Below are positions 39,401 to 52,515 of a DNA stretch of 64,000 bases, piece by piece; the first letter of the stretch is position 1, and each line of letters opens with the position of its first letter. Origin of the DNA: Malacoraja senta. Lineage: Eukaryota. Position numbers and translations under genes: made by a program. Below the pieces are notes generated by a model that was not told the origin of the DNA, did not search any database, and saw only the letters and a list, made by a program, of their open reading frames with translations. Location of the stretch: NCBI GenBank assembly GCA_038087875.1, contig JAXLNO010000213.1, positions 186,001 to 250,000 on the forward strand, in the 5' to 3' direction.

Positions 39401-40656
39401 CTTGATATTGGCAAGGGAAGATTTCTTCGGTGAGGAGGTACATCTTGACGCCACGTTGACAAAACTTCGGGAGCTACCAGTACATCCACAGTTCAGTTCA
39501 AAGATGAGGAGCTGTCTTCAAGCTGTCATCACTGTGTTGGAGAGGCAGTATATTAAATACTTTGAACTTGATGTAACTGAGAAACTGAAAGGGAAGACTG
39601 CCTCCGCGAGATCACACAACATTGATGCGGAGGAGATAATGGGGATGTTTAGCTCATCGAAACAGTAAGAATAGAACAGTCAACTACCTTGATAATCTCG
39701 AGGAGCAACGTAGGGAGGTGCTCTGTAAGGCAGTGACATGGGGGAGAATGCAGAGGAACAGACGGAAGAAAAAACAGAAGGAATTGAGAGCAGAAATCAT
39801 CAAGCGACAGAAAGGCAAGGAGCATGCTCGGGACACGAAAGAGAGGAAAAAACTGGGAAAAAATTCTAAGACACTTAATCAGCATTCGCAGAGATCCGAA
39901 TTTGGACTACTCCAAATGTGATGATCTACAGGACATTCTTAATGGGAAAGAAGTGGGCAGAAAGACATGTCATGCGTGGTTTGAAGAGCAAAAACTTGTA
40001 GTTTACAATGCCAAAATTGAAAAGTTGAGGAAAAACAACGTGTACAGAGTTGCTTATTGGTTGCAATCCGAGGAGTCAGATGATGCTAATGATTTTGATA
40101 TGCCAATGTACCAGCTAGCAGCTGATCTTCTCCATAAAGACTTGGTCTATTGCGAGAAATTATAAATTATTTAACTATTTATAACGGACACAGCGGATAA
40201 TACAATAATATTAAAGTTCTGATCTTGAATATTTGAATTGTCAATGCAGTCTGGTTGTTTATGACTATTTCCGTCACAACGGTCAATTTTGTAATTGGCT
40301 ACAATTAAATAACTAACTAATTATATGTTTTAATTTCAGGTCATCCAAGTAAGATTGTTTTATATTTGTTTCAGAATGCTTCAATCTATGATAACTGAAA
40401 ATGTCATTCAGTTCCTTTAATTTTTAAGTAAGTTATGGGCTTTTGACTGTCCTCGATCACAGCTTTTGTGTTAAGTCAATGGAAAAACAAAACGGAACAA
40501 GATGCTAATTTGCGAGTATGAAAATGGCCATAACCTTTTTAATACTGAAGATATGAACGTGAATTAGGTGTCAAATTAAACTTGTTTTAAAGCTTTATCT
40601 GATGGGATAAATTGCAGACTTGATTTTTAAAATCTCAAAATTTCGTAACATTGCTA
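36461..40656 (+). mobile_element. DNA transposon with short imperfect TIRs and a frameshifted DDE transposase (37241-40165)
   Basis: TIRs TAGGTATGTTAC / TAGCAATGTTAC. Motifs GFDATT, MSDRC, CHLH and SHNIDAEE fit the D-D-CxxH-E layout of hAT/MULE/P-related transposases. Confidence 0.75.
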
Positions 40657-40744
40657 CAAAAGGAGGCTACAGATTTTTGGTTTTTGAGTAGCACTACTAC
40701 TCGTGGAAAAATGTTGATTTTGTGTCTGGCTGTAACAGCTTTGA

Positions 40745-41498
40745 AACCATGCGTGTCACCAGAAAGAGGAATCCAGGCGAAACATCTGACAATATACTTG
40801 GTGCCACCCTTGAAGAATCCAAACAAACTAAGTACCTTGGCATCAAATTGCAGAATGATCTGCGTTGGAATGGTCAGGCTCATCATGCAACGGTGAAAGC
40901 AACAGGTGTCCTAAATTTTCTGAGGCGCAACTTTCATCATTGTTCAACTTCTGTCAAGGAGAAGCTATACTTTACCTTCGTTAGACCTCATTTGGACTAC
41001 GCAGTTGCATCATGGGATCCATACACAAATAAAAGCATTTCTTCCATCGAACGTGTCCATATACAAGCAGCTCGATTTGTTACTAACACCTATGAGAGAG
41101 AAGCGAGTGTTACCAAACTTCTGAATTCACTGCGGTGGAACCCTCTCCAAGACAGACGTGAAGCTCACCGTTTGCCCTGTTTTTACAAAATGTTAAATGG
41201 TCAGCTCGACATAGATTACAAGACCTACACCAAACCCAAACCAACTAGGAACAGACGAGGGCATTCAATCCAATTTGAGATTCCAGCTACCAAGACAGAT
41301 GTTTACAACAATTCGTTCTTCCCCCGCACAATTAAAGCATGGAATAATCTTCAACCTACCATAGTTACCCAACCAGATATAAATTTAACGTAGCTCTTTC
41401 TTCCCAAAAAAACATTCTGGCTTAAATCCTCGCTCCACCACCTCCAGTTTAAGTTCCATTTGGAATATTTTGGAGGACCAAGAAACCAAGAAACCAAG
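40745..41498 (+). mobile_element. CR1-group LINE 3' fragment inserted in a Rex1 tail
   Basis: KYLGI..DLRW, VRPHLDYA..WDPY, SFFPRTIKAWNNL, (AAGAAACC)n tail. The host GCTTTGA|CAGTCCGGAG is split around it. Confidence 0.75.
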
Positions 41499-42125
41499 AC
41501 AGTCCGGAGTCGCCTACCAGAGGGAAGTGATTCAAAGTGTTAGATTTTCAGAAAGCCTTTGATAAGGTGCCACGTTAGTATTCTTAGAAAGTTGAGAGCC
41601 CACGGTATCAGCGGGCAGATACTAGAATGGATAGCAGGTTCGCTAGATGGCAGAAGACAAGAAGTGGCTCAGCAGCAGACAGGAGAGCCCTGCAGAAAGT
41701 GATCCAAACTGCCCAGAAAATCATCGGCTGCCCTCTGCCTTCCCTGGAAGATATCTGCAGCTCTGTGTGCCTCTGTAGAGCCAGCAGCATAATCAAAGAC
41801 CCCTTACCATCCTGGACAGTTCCTGTTCAACCTCCTGCCCTCTGGTAGGCAGTAGAGGTGCGTGAAAAGCCGGACAAACATACTCAAGAACAGTTTCTTT
41901 CCATGCGCCATTAGAACTCTAAACTCCTCAAATATCCACACGACATGAGAATGCTGTCATCCATACCACAATAAAATAGACCACTCAGCTAATATTCCTT
42001 CTTTTAAAAAAATCATTTAAACTATTTTTTCATTTTAAATTGCAATGTTCACCCAGTGCAATGTTCTACCTAGGTGTGATAATTATAATGTATCTACTAA
42101 TTTAAGCAGTTAAATAACGTATTGA

Positions 42126-43780
42126 ATGCTATTTACGATATACATCAATGATTTGGATGAAGAGATTCAAAGTAACATTAGCAAATTTGCAGATGACACA
42201 AAGCTGGGTGGCAGTGTGAAATGTGAGGAGGATGCTATGAGCATGCAGGGTGACTTGGACAGGTTGGGGAGTGGGCAGATGCATGGCAGATTAAGTTTAA
42301 TGCGGATAAATGTGAGGTTATCCACTTTGGTAGCAAAAACAGGAAGGCAGATTACTATCTAAATGGCGTCAGTTAGGAAAAGGTGAAGTACAACGGGATC
42401 TGGGGGGTCCTTGTACATATGTTAGCTTTCATAGCAAAAGGATTTGAGTATAGGAGCAGGGAGGTTCTACTGCAGTTGTACAGGGTCTTGGTGAGACCAC
42501 ACCTGGAGTATTGCGTACAGTTTTGGTCTCCAAATCTGAGGAAGGACATTATAGCCATAGAGGGAGTGCAGAGAATGTTCACCAGACTGATTCCTGGGAT
42601 GTCAGGACTTTCATATGAAGAAAGACTGGATAGACTCGGCTTATACTCGCTAGAATTTAGGAGATTGAGAGGGGATCTTATAGAAACTTACAAAATTCTT
42701 ATGGGGTTGGACAGGCTAGATGCAGGAAGGTTGTTCCCGATGTTGGGGAAGTCCAGGACAAGGGGTCACAGCTTAAGGATAAGGGGGGAATCCTTTAAGA
42801 CCGAGATGAGAAAAAACGTTTTCACACAGAGAGTGGTGAATCTCTGGAACTCTCTGCCACAGAGGGTAGTGGAGGCCAGTTCATTGGCTATATTTAAGAG
42901 GGAGTTAGATGTGGCCCTTGTGGCTAAAGGGATCAGGGGGTATGGAGAGAAGGCAGGTACGGAATACTGAGTTGGATGATCAGCCATGATCATATTGAAA
43001 GGCGGTGCAGGCTCGAAGGGCCGAATGGCCTACTCCTGCACCTATTTTCTATGTATCTATATATATCAGTCTATGAAAGTAAGCATGCAGGTGCAGCAGG
43101 CAGTGAAGAAGGCGAATAGCACGTAGGCCTTTATAACAAGAGGAATCGAATATAGGAGCAAATAGGTCCTTCAGCAGTTGTACAGAGCCCTAGTGAGACC
43201 ACATCTGGAGTATTATGTGCAGTTTTGGTCCCCTAATTTGAGGAAGGACATTCTTGCTATTGAGGGGGTGCAGCGTAGGTTTACAAGGTTAATACCAGGG
43301 ATTGCGGGACTGTCATATGCTGGGAGAATGGAGCAGCTGGGCTTGTACACTCTGGAGTTTAGAAGGATGAGAGGGGATCTCATTGAAACATATAAGATTG
43401 TTAAGGGCTTGGACTCGCTAGAGGCAGGAAACATGTTCCCGATGTTGGGGGAGTGCAGAACCAGGGGCCACAGTTTAAGAATAATGAGTAAGCCATTTAG
43501 AACGGAGACGAGGAAACATTTTTCTCACAGGGAGTGGTGATTCTGTGGAATTTTCTGCCTCGGAGGGCGGTAGAGGCAGGTTCTCTGGATGCTTCCAAGA
43601 GAGAGCTAGATAGGGCTCTTAAAAATAGCGGAGTCAGGGGATATGGGGAGAAGGCAGGAACGGGGTACTGATTGGGGATGATCAGCCATGATCACATTGA
43701 ATGGCGGTGCAAGATCGAAGGGCCGAATGGCCTCCTCCTGCACCTATTGTCTGTTGTATGTTGTCTATTGTCTATTGTCT
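42126..43780 (+). mobile_element. Two nested CR1/HER1-like LINE 3' fragments
   Basis: SKFADDTKLGG, two copies of LVRPHLEY..QFWSP, two 3' tails. Confidence 0.9.
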
Positions 43781-43889
43781 ATTGAATGTATTGGATGTGT
43801 TTTTATCTTGTTTTAACTTGTTTTGGTTGCACTGATCAGGAGGAGCTCTCCGAATTTCGTTGTGTTTCTAAGTACAATGACAATAAAGG

Positions 43890-43909
43890 CTTATTATTAA
43901 TGTTGTTAT

Positions 43910-43942
<33 letters not shown>

Positions 43943-43982
43943 TATTATTATTATTATTACTATAATAATAATAATAATAATA

Positions 43983-44018
<36 letters not shown>

Positions 44019-44062
44019 ATTATTATTACTATAATAATAATAATAATAATTATTATTATTAT
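43890..44062. repeat. (TAT)n/(TAA)n microsatellite with alternating orientation
   Basis: Visible. Confidence 0.95.
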
Positions 44063-44305
44063 AGGCTTGATGGTAGAAAACGTATCCCCACAGCCAATTT
44101 AAACAATGACACAAGTTTAAGATGAGGAGTGAATCGTTTGGAGATGAGACTAGGAAGATAATTTGCTGCAGTGATGCCATTTGGAGTGCATTTCCTTCTT
44201 CTTTTCGAGTCCTTCTTGCTACAAATGTTGACCTCGCTGTCATGTCGGTCCTTAAAAGGACGCAAGCATTCGGCGCCAATTAGTGGCAGCCACCACTTGT
44301 CGCAA

Positions 44306-44915
44306 TAAGTAAGTAAGTAAGTTTATTGGCCAAGTATTCACATACAAGGAATTTGCCTTAGTGCTCCGCCCACGTGACAACATGACATACAGTGACAGTT
44401 ACGGATGACTCAGAAAACACTAAACATTAATAATAATAAAACATTAATAATAAAACACCATAGATCATGTGAACCAACAAAATACCAGATCAAATGGAGG
44501 CGACAGATTTTGGGCTGTTGAGTAGAGCAACTACTCGTGGATAAAAACAGTTTTTATGTCTGGCTGTGGCAGCTTTGACAATCCTGAGTCGCCTTCCAGA
44601 GGGAAGTGATTCAAAGAGTTTGTGGCCAGGGTGAGAGGGGTCAGAGATGATCTTGCCCACTCGCTTCCTGGCCCTTGCAGTGCACAGTTCGGCAATGGAG
44701 GGAAGATTGCAGCCAATAACCTTCTCTGCTGATCGGACGATTCGCTGCAGCCTCCAGGTGTCGTACTTGGTGGCTGATCCAAACCAGACCATGATGAAGA
44801 AGGTGAGAACAGACTCTACGATGGCCGTGTAGAATTGGACCATCATTGCCTGTGGCAGATTGTACTTCCTCAGCTGCCGTAGGAAGTACATCAACTGTTG
44901 TGCCTTTTTGACTGT
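44306..44915 (-). mobile_element. Rex1/Babar-like LINE 3' fragment
   Basis: YFLRQLRK..L...FYTAIVESVLTF..VWFGS...LPSGRR and a (TAAG)n tail. Confidence 0.85.
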
Positions 44916-45414
44916 GGAGTCGAAAGATGATGATGGTGGTAGCAGAATTAGCTCGTGATACTTCCAGGTTCCAGCCCCGCGACGTGGACGCTTCTGCTAT
45001 GGGGCCAGTGCAATTCCTGAGAGGATGGTGGTCGCAGTGACTGTCACCACATTTAAGAAGTACTGAGACTAATACTTTAGGTGAACGGGGAGTCCAGAAC
45101 CAGGGGCCACGCACAGTTTAAGAATAAGGGGTAAGCCATTTGGAACGGAGACGAGGAAACACTATTTCTCACAGAGAGTTGTGAGTCTATGGAATTGTCT
45201 GCCTCAGAGGGCGGTGGAGGCCGGTTATCTGGATACTTTCAAGGGAGAGCTAGATAGGGCTCTTAAAGATAGCGGAGTCAGGAGACATGTGGAGATTGGT
45301 TTGCATGTACCGGAAGATTCAGTGCTGGTAGTTTAGATACATTTATAATTCAGTCTGGAATCCTGGAGAAATTCATCGCAATCACACCAACATTAAAGGA
45401 ATTAACACAGCGCC

Positions 45415-45521
45415 ATGGATCATTCTTTCATTGGAAAACATTAATTCTTACTTTTCATCGAAGTAAACTGCTGGAATTGAAGATATATATTACCCTGCAA
45501 TAGCGGCTGTCGCTGTTTCCG
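45415..45521 (+). pseudogene. Orphan, disrupted exon 1 of a paralogous GPR139-like gene
   Basis: IEDIYYPAIAAVAVS-G|GTAATT matches exon 1 at 17790-17859, with an upstream in-frame stop/insertion. Its intron matches 15980-17790 but ends at the DIRS element. Confidence 0.75.
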
Positions 45522-47058
45522 GTAATTTGTTTGGTCTTTGATTTTCATGTACGTGCATTAGCTGGGAGACATTCCGTGTTCTCCGGCGCTGCCGATGTGC
45601 ACGTCATGCCCGTTGTTGATCCTGGCCTGGCATTCTTTGTACTGAATGCGTTGGCCAGAGCCCTGACCAGAGAGCAGGTATCAGATAATCAGAATAGACA
45701 ATAGACAATAGTTGCAGGAGTCGGCATTCGGCCCTTCGAGCCACCACCGCCATTCAATGTGATCATGGCTAATCATCCCCCAATCGGACCCCGTTCCTGC
45801 CTTTCCCCATATCCCCTGACTCCGCTATCTTTAAGAGCTATATCTAGATCTCTCTAGAAAATATCCAGAAAACCTGCCTCCACCGCACTCGGAGGCAGAT
45901 AATTCCACAGGCTCACAACTCTCGGTGAGGAAAAGTGTTTATCGTCTCCGTTCTAAATGGCTCACCTCATATTCTTAAACTGTGGCCCATGGTTCTGGAC
46001 TCCCAAAACATCGGGATGTTTCCTGCCTCTAGCGTGTCCAACCCCTTAATAATCGTACATGTTTCAATACGATACCCTCTCATCCTTCTAAATTCCAGAG
46101 CACACAAGCCCAGCCGCTCCATTCTTTCAGAATATGACAGTCCCGCCATCCCGTGAATTAACCTGATGAACCTACGCTGCACTCCGTCAATACCAAGAAT
46201 GTCCTTCTTCAAATTACGGGACCCTGAGATTGGATATATGTTGACCAGGAGCTGAGAGTATGGCACCTTGGGCTCCTTCCATGGATAGTCTGAAACCAGT
46301 TAGTGAAATGACATCTGTTCCCAATCGGACAACCCTGCTTAACTGAATCGATATATTTTCTGCAGTCGTCGCTGCGTGAAGCATAATCCAGTTTTAGACA
46401 TGTAATTCTACAGCTCATTAGATAAAGCAAGTGAATGTGACGTGCTGGTTTCTAAGTCTGTGAAAGCGTCACGACGTTAATATGCGTTAATTCAGATGTA
46501 AACAAATGCTGTCAGGAATTTTAATATCAGTGAATGTTATTTATCTTAATGTCCTCTCCTTCGGGCGATCTGATAATTAGAATTTATATCCGCAGATGTA
46601 TCTGTACATCTTCGCCACCGTGCCACAGTCAGTACTGCGGGTGTCACACAGTTCCGGTGGACGCAGGTTCAATCTTTACAGAGAAACATAGAAAATAGGT
46701 GCAGAAGGAGGCCATTCGGACCTTAGATCCAACACCGCCATTCATTGTGATCGTAGCTGATCGTCCCCAATAAATAACTCGTGCCTGCCTTCTCTCCATA
46801 TGCTTTGATTCCACTAGCCCTTAGAGCTCTATCTAATTCTCTCTTAAATCCATCCAGCGATTTGGCCTCCACTGCCCTCTGTGGCAGGGAACTTACCTCC
46901 CGTGCTTTTTGTGCAATGTTTCATCGTTCGTCCTCCGACGCCGCGCTACTCCTGGCTGCCCTCTTGTTTCCTCCCACATACAATTGAGCTACTGCCTATT
47001 AGTGGTTTCTGTAACTAATGTATACTGGATGGACAACAGTTGATAAGAATGTGGGGAG

Positions 47059-50000
47059 AATAGTAAGATTAAACGAGAACTTACCAAGTTTGAAGTTTGA
47101 TCTTTATTTTATGAGGAGTAACGTTGAGGGATTACGTGAAGAAGACCCCGTCCAGCCGCATACGCGTCAATCCTTCAAAGCATCGGAGTGACAATCACAG
47201 ACGATAATTACTGAAGTATGATAGTAAGATGCATAAAGACTTAGAACTACCAGCTTGATCTTTTTATGAGGGTGGGAGCGGAGGGCCACGTAATCCCTCA
47301 ACGTTACTCATAAAATAAAGATCAAACTTCAAACTTGGTAAGTTCTCGTTTAATCTTACTATTTTACTTCGGAGTCACGTGAGTGACTACGTGAAGATTT
47401 CAAAGCTCTGTGATTTCACACCGTGGATTCAGAATCCAGGTGTTCACTGCATCGATTGACTCTATTTGAGTAAGCACAATCAACAATGCATAACACAACA
47501 TTTGAATGTAATCAGTTAATGGTTTTATTTATTTTAATAAAAGTAACAAAATTAGGCCCATTTATTATAATGGGGGGATTTAATACTGTATCAAGCACGG
47601 CATCACCAAACCCTCTGAGATCTTTTAATCTCCTTGTGGTAATACTTGTGAAACATCTGTTCACTTGCCCAACCTGCGGCCGCGAGAATAAGGTCTATTA
47701 GCACGTCTTGAATCCCTGGCCGCTGATGTTGATGCCGCCCTGGACGAATGAGATTTAAATTTATCAGTGTCAATACCTGAATATCTCAACACCTGTTTCA
47801 ACCATCGTGAAATTATTTGTGTTGACACTTTCTTATGAGGCTTTTTATGACTAATAAAAAATGCCAATTCGGCGCCTCTTAAACTTTTGTTGTTTCTATG
47901 TAACATTTCACATATGTTACTACACACAGTCGTGAATCTGTAGGATATGCTAAAAATTCCAACTTGCATCCTGTGATCCCAGGTCTACTTTGCTTCAGTA
48001 AATCATAGACATAGAATGTCACGGCATTTTGCCCTACTTTCATTCTATCAATTCTGAGTTTCTGTAATGTTTGAACTCTCTGCGCTGAAACTAATGCCAT
48101 GAGCATAACCAATTCATGGTAATTTTGGATAATGACAGAGTTTCAACTGGATTCCAATTCTTAGGAACATCAGTACATCTTTTACATTCCAAATTTCTGT
48201 ATACTGGGTCTGGGAGGATTAGAGTTGAAAATTCCTTTCATAAACCTACAGACCCAAGGATGTGCTTCCAATTGGAGTTTGTTCTGATCACTTGCTTAAA
48301 TAAGCAGAGAGTGCACTTCGTGCAGTATTAATTGCACTATAACTTAATTTCAATTCATAGTGTAGAGTTGAAAGAAACTCTATTACATCTGAAATTTCTG
48401 CTGTGTTATATGCAATATTCTTTCCTGAACAAAACACCTCCCATTTCTTTATATAGGACATGTACTGCTTCTGGGTACTATTCCTCCAGGCTGCTGTCAT
48501 AACATCCACCGTACGGTCTGATAATCCTTTTCCAAGATATGGCCTTCTTAGAATCTGCCAAATCAACAAACCAATACGATTATGTAAAGGATGTGGTTCA
48601 TTAGTCACAGGGTGTACAAACAGTTTAATCTGCTTTGGAATACCATAAGGGTTTTTTTTCTTCCCATTTTTAACACCAGTGGGTACAATACCTGTGTAGG
48701 CCAATCTGGTACTACCAAAATCCCTGAGGCTGAATCTTGTTTAATTTTCTGTATGCATTTGTGGATTAAACAAAATGGTGAAAAGCATACAGAAAATACC
48801 ACCCCAATGTAGCGAGAAAGCATCCACCACTACTGCTCCAGGATCAGGTTCCCATGACACATACTTAGGCAACTGGTGGTTCAATCTTGATGCAAACAGA
48901 TCAATTTCTGGCATTCCAAATTGTGTGATAATTTGTGTGAATATTTTCCGATTTAACATCCATTCTGTATTATCATTAAATTTACGTGATCTTTTGTCTG
49001 CAATTGTATTAATTTTTACCTGGTAAATATATTGCTGACAGCCAAATTTTTCTGGCAATACCCCAGGTCCAAATTTAATTTGCCAATTTATCACATGATT
49101 CTGATTTTATACCACCCATGTGATTTATGTATGCTACAGCTGTAGTATTGTCAACCTGTACCTGAACGTGCACATTTCCCATGTCAGTGCAATAAGCTCT
49201 AAGGCCGTAAAATGCGCCTAATAGCTCTAGGTAATTGATTCCCAGATTTTCCAGCAAAGGTACTTCATTCACATTCCACCTACCTCCACAGCTGGAAATC
49301 ATGTTAGTAGCGCCCCAACTCAGCGCACTTACATCAGTCTGTAGAGTGACGGAAGGTGTTTCTACCAGAACTTTTCTGGAAGCATTAGAAACATTGTTAA
49401 TCCACCATTCTATTTCTGTAATGGAGTGAATTGTTAATTTCATGGGCCTATCAAAATGCCCTCTATTCATTTTTAACGCTTGTACCTTAGCTCCCTGTAA
49501 ACATTGATAATGCAATGGTCCAAACGTGACCGCTGGAAACCCTGCAATTAATTTGCCGAGCAAGCTTGCCACTTCTCTAATTGAAGGTGTGTCCTCGTTA
49601 ATGAGTTTTATGCAACCTTCAATTAACTGCAGCTTTTTATCTTTTGGCAAAGTGATTACCATGTGTTCGGAGTTAATTGTGAACCCTAGGTAATCAATCT
49701 TTTTGCTTGGTAACAATTTAGATTTTTGTAGGTGAATAATGGAACCTAATTTCTCAAAATGTATTTGACTCTGGATACTGACAATTTTGCAGCAGCCAAA
49801 GTGTCCCCTACAATGAGGATATCATCTAAATAAGCCATTAATACATGGCCCTCAGCTCTTAACAGAGCTAAAATTGGTTTGAGCAATTTAGTGAATAATC
49901 TTGGTGCTGAAATCAGACCATTGGGCAATGCTTGAAATTGCCATAACTGACATCTAAATTTCAAATATCTTTGATCATTACCATGCATTGCCACAGAATA

Positions 50001-52138
50001 ATATGCATTTTGCAGATCTATGCTTGCCTTGTAGGAATTCTTTGTGACTAGCTAAATGGCATTAGTAAATGTTTCCATTTTGAAATGTTTCTATTGTACA
50101 TAAAGGTTAAGATTTGTCAGATCGGAAATGATTCTACGTCCACCATCCCTTTTGTAGGAGAATATTCCTAGGAGAATATTTGACACAAACTGATGGTGTT
50201 GTTCTACTGACATTTATATCATCCTTTTCTGCATAAAAATTTTCAATTCTCCTTTGATCAACCCATTCTCTTCCTTTGAGAAAATCCGTGACCAGTTTGA
50301 ATTATGCTGAATTGGAGGATCCAAACGTGGAGAGAACTCAATTTTGAATCCTACAAGGCTACATAGAATAAATGAAGCATTTGTTATTGATTGCCATTCT
50401 TTTAGGATGAATCGTAACCTTCCCCCTATTTGTGAGTGTGAATCATTTGTTGTGTTTCTTACCAGACCAAGCCCCCTAACCTCGGGGTTTGCCACCGGCA
50501 GTTGTTGTCCCCTTCTAGTAGGCACATTGTAACCTCCACGTATCCTCGGTGCAGCACGTCAACGTGTATACGAGAATGATAGGATTGTTCCTTCTCCAGC
50601 ACCACATTTCGCCTGTAGGGATACTGCCTTCTCACCGCTCTGCTCAGCATAGGTGATCCTTTAGTTTCTTTGCGAGATTTTCTCCAAAACAGATTTAGGC
50701 ATTTGTATATTGGATGGTTTGCAGAGCCTGCATACTTAGGATGAATATTTGGTCTTATTGCATTTTTATGAATACAATTTATTTCAAAGTGCGCACTACA
50801 CATGAGTGCTAAGGCATTTTGTTGTGAATACGATATATAACCTTCATCCAAACCACTGACCCCAGAAATTTCAGCACTTGTGTAATTTCAATTCTTGTGA
50901 GCGTAAACCACTGCTCAAATTACCCATATCAGGTTATTCACTGCTGTAACTGCTACAATTTCCCGGGTCTCATATTTTTTGATAGTCTCATCCATGGTTC
51001 ATTCCTGGGGCTGATGGGAGAGTAGATAATTTATAGTCATAGCTATTTCCTCTCTCAAAGGTTCCCCTGTTACTCTGGGAACAGCAACGTTTTTTTGCCA
51101 GCCTTGGAACATTTTTGGCTCTGATAATGGGCTCGGGTCCTCATTTAAATCATCATCTAAATATAGATATTTCTTTTTATGTTGGGTAATTTCTGGCTCC
51201 CCTGTTTCAGGTAAGTCTCTGCCAGATTCCCCCTGCGCATGCTCTCTTGCAGGCCCACGGACAGGCAGCCCTGCTTCAGGTGCTGCTGGCGCTGGCTCAA
51301 TTCTAGGCCAACGCTTCATTATTTTTACTCTTTATATTTGTCGGTGCTGGCACATTTATCATTGCACGTTTGTGCTACCTTTTGTTCAGGCATTTCTAGT
51401 ACTGGCTCTCCAATAGGCCAACACATAACTTGCCTTTTTTCCTGCATTTTTGGGCACTGGCTCTCCTGTAGGCCAACCTCTTTAATGTTTCTGCACAGGC
51501 ACTGATGGCTCTCCTGTAGGCCACCCTTGTGCCTGTTCCAAGGCACCTCCTGTGCTATACTTCATTGGCCAACACCGACTTAAATCCTCCTGTGGGGGTT
51601 CTTTACAAATCATCTGCCCCATAAGGAGTTATAAAGTTTTTGACCCTTGCAGTGTAATACTCTTTCCTGCCTGAGGAGGGCATACCTGCGGGTCTGACTC
51701 ATCCGAGTCTACAGGTCGGGCCGATTTTTTTTTTCTTCCCAGCCTTGCGCCCCGCCGCCGGCGGTTTAACAGCACATTCGACCACAACGGAAGTTAATGG
51801 CTTCGCTGCCACTGACTCCCCTGACTGACGCCCGCTACCCTTAGGATCTGGGGTTTTACTACGGTGCGTCCCTGGCCGCCTCTCCTTCCCATTTCTCCAT
51901 AATAAACTTGAGTGGAGCTCGACCAAACAAGTCTAAACGGGAAGGAAACGCTCCTGTAAGTGAAAAGTAACCCACTTACCTTCCGACTTTTGTTTTACTT
52001 TTGTTTTACTCACCGGCTGGAGGAGCTCCTGCTCCTCCACACACGGTCATGAACGCTATGCGTCTGATCGATAATGACGCGAATGCGGCTGGACGGGGTC
52101 TTCTTCACGTAGTCACTCACGTGACTCCGAAGTAAAAT
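47059..52138 (-). mobile_element. DIRS1-type tyrosine-recombinase retrotransposon, complete termini, frameshifted ORFs
   Basis: RT (YLDD), RNase H (DNTTAVAYIN), methyltransferase (IDLFASRLN), YR (HSSRAASTS); inverted terminal repeats and internal complementary region. Confidence 0.93.
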
Positions 52139-52315
52139 TGGCGGATCGCAGGGGAACCTTCATACTGGGATATTGTACGGGCAGGAGCAATGCTGTACAT
52201 GCCGTAGATGTATTTTTCCCCACAACCCACCCGCCAGACACAACCCCTCCGCATGGCACATGCTCCCCTCCGGCAGACATGTCATCGCCTCACCGAGGCA
52301 CGCCTGTCATGCAGT

Positions 52316-52515
52316 NNNNNNNNNNNNNNNNNNNNNNNNNNNNNNNNNNNNNNNNNNNNNNNNNNNNNNNNNNNNNNNNNNNNNNNNNNNNNNNNNNNNN
52401 NNNNNNNNNNNNNNNNNNNNNNNNNNNNNNNNNNNNNNNNNNNNNNNNNNNNNNNNNNNNNNNNNNNNNNNNNNNNNNNNNNNNNNNNNNNNNNNNNNNN
52501 NNNNNNNNNNNNNNN
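52316..52515. other. Assembly gap (200 N)
   Basis: Run of N. Confidence 1.
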
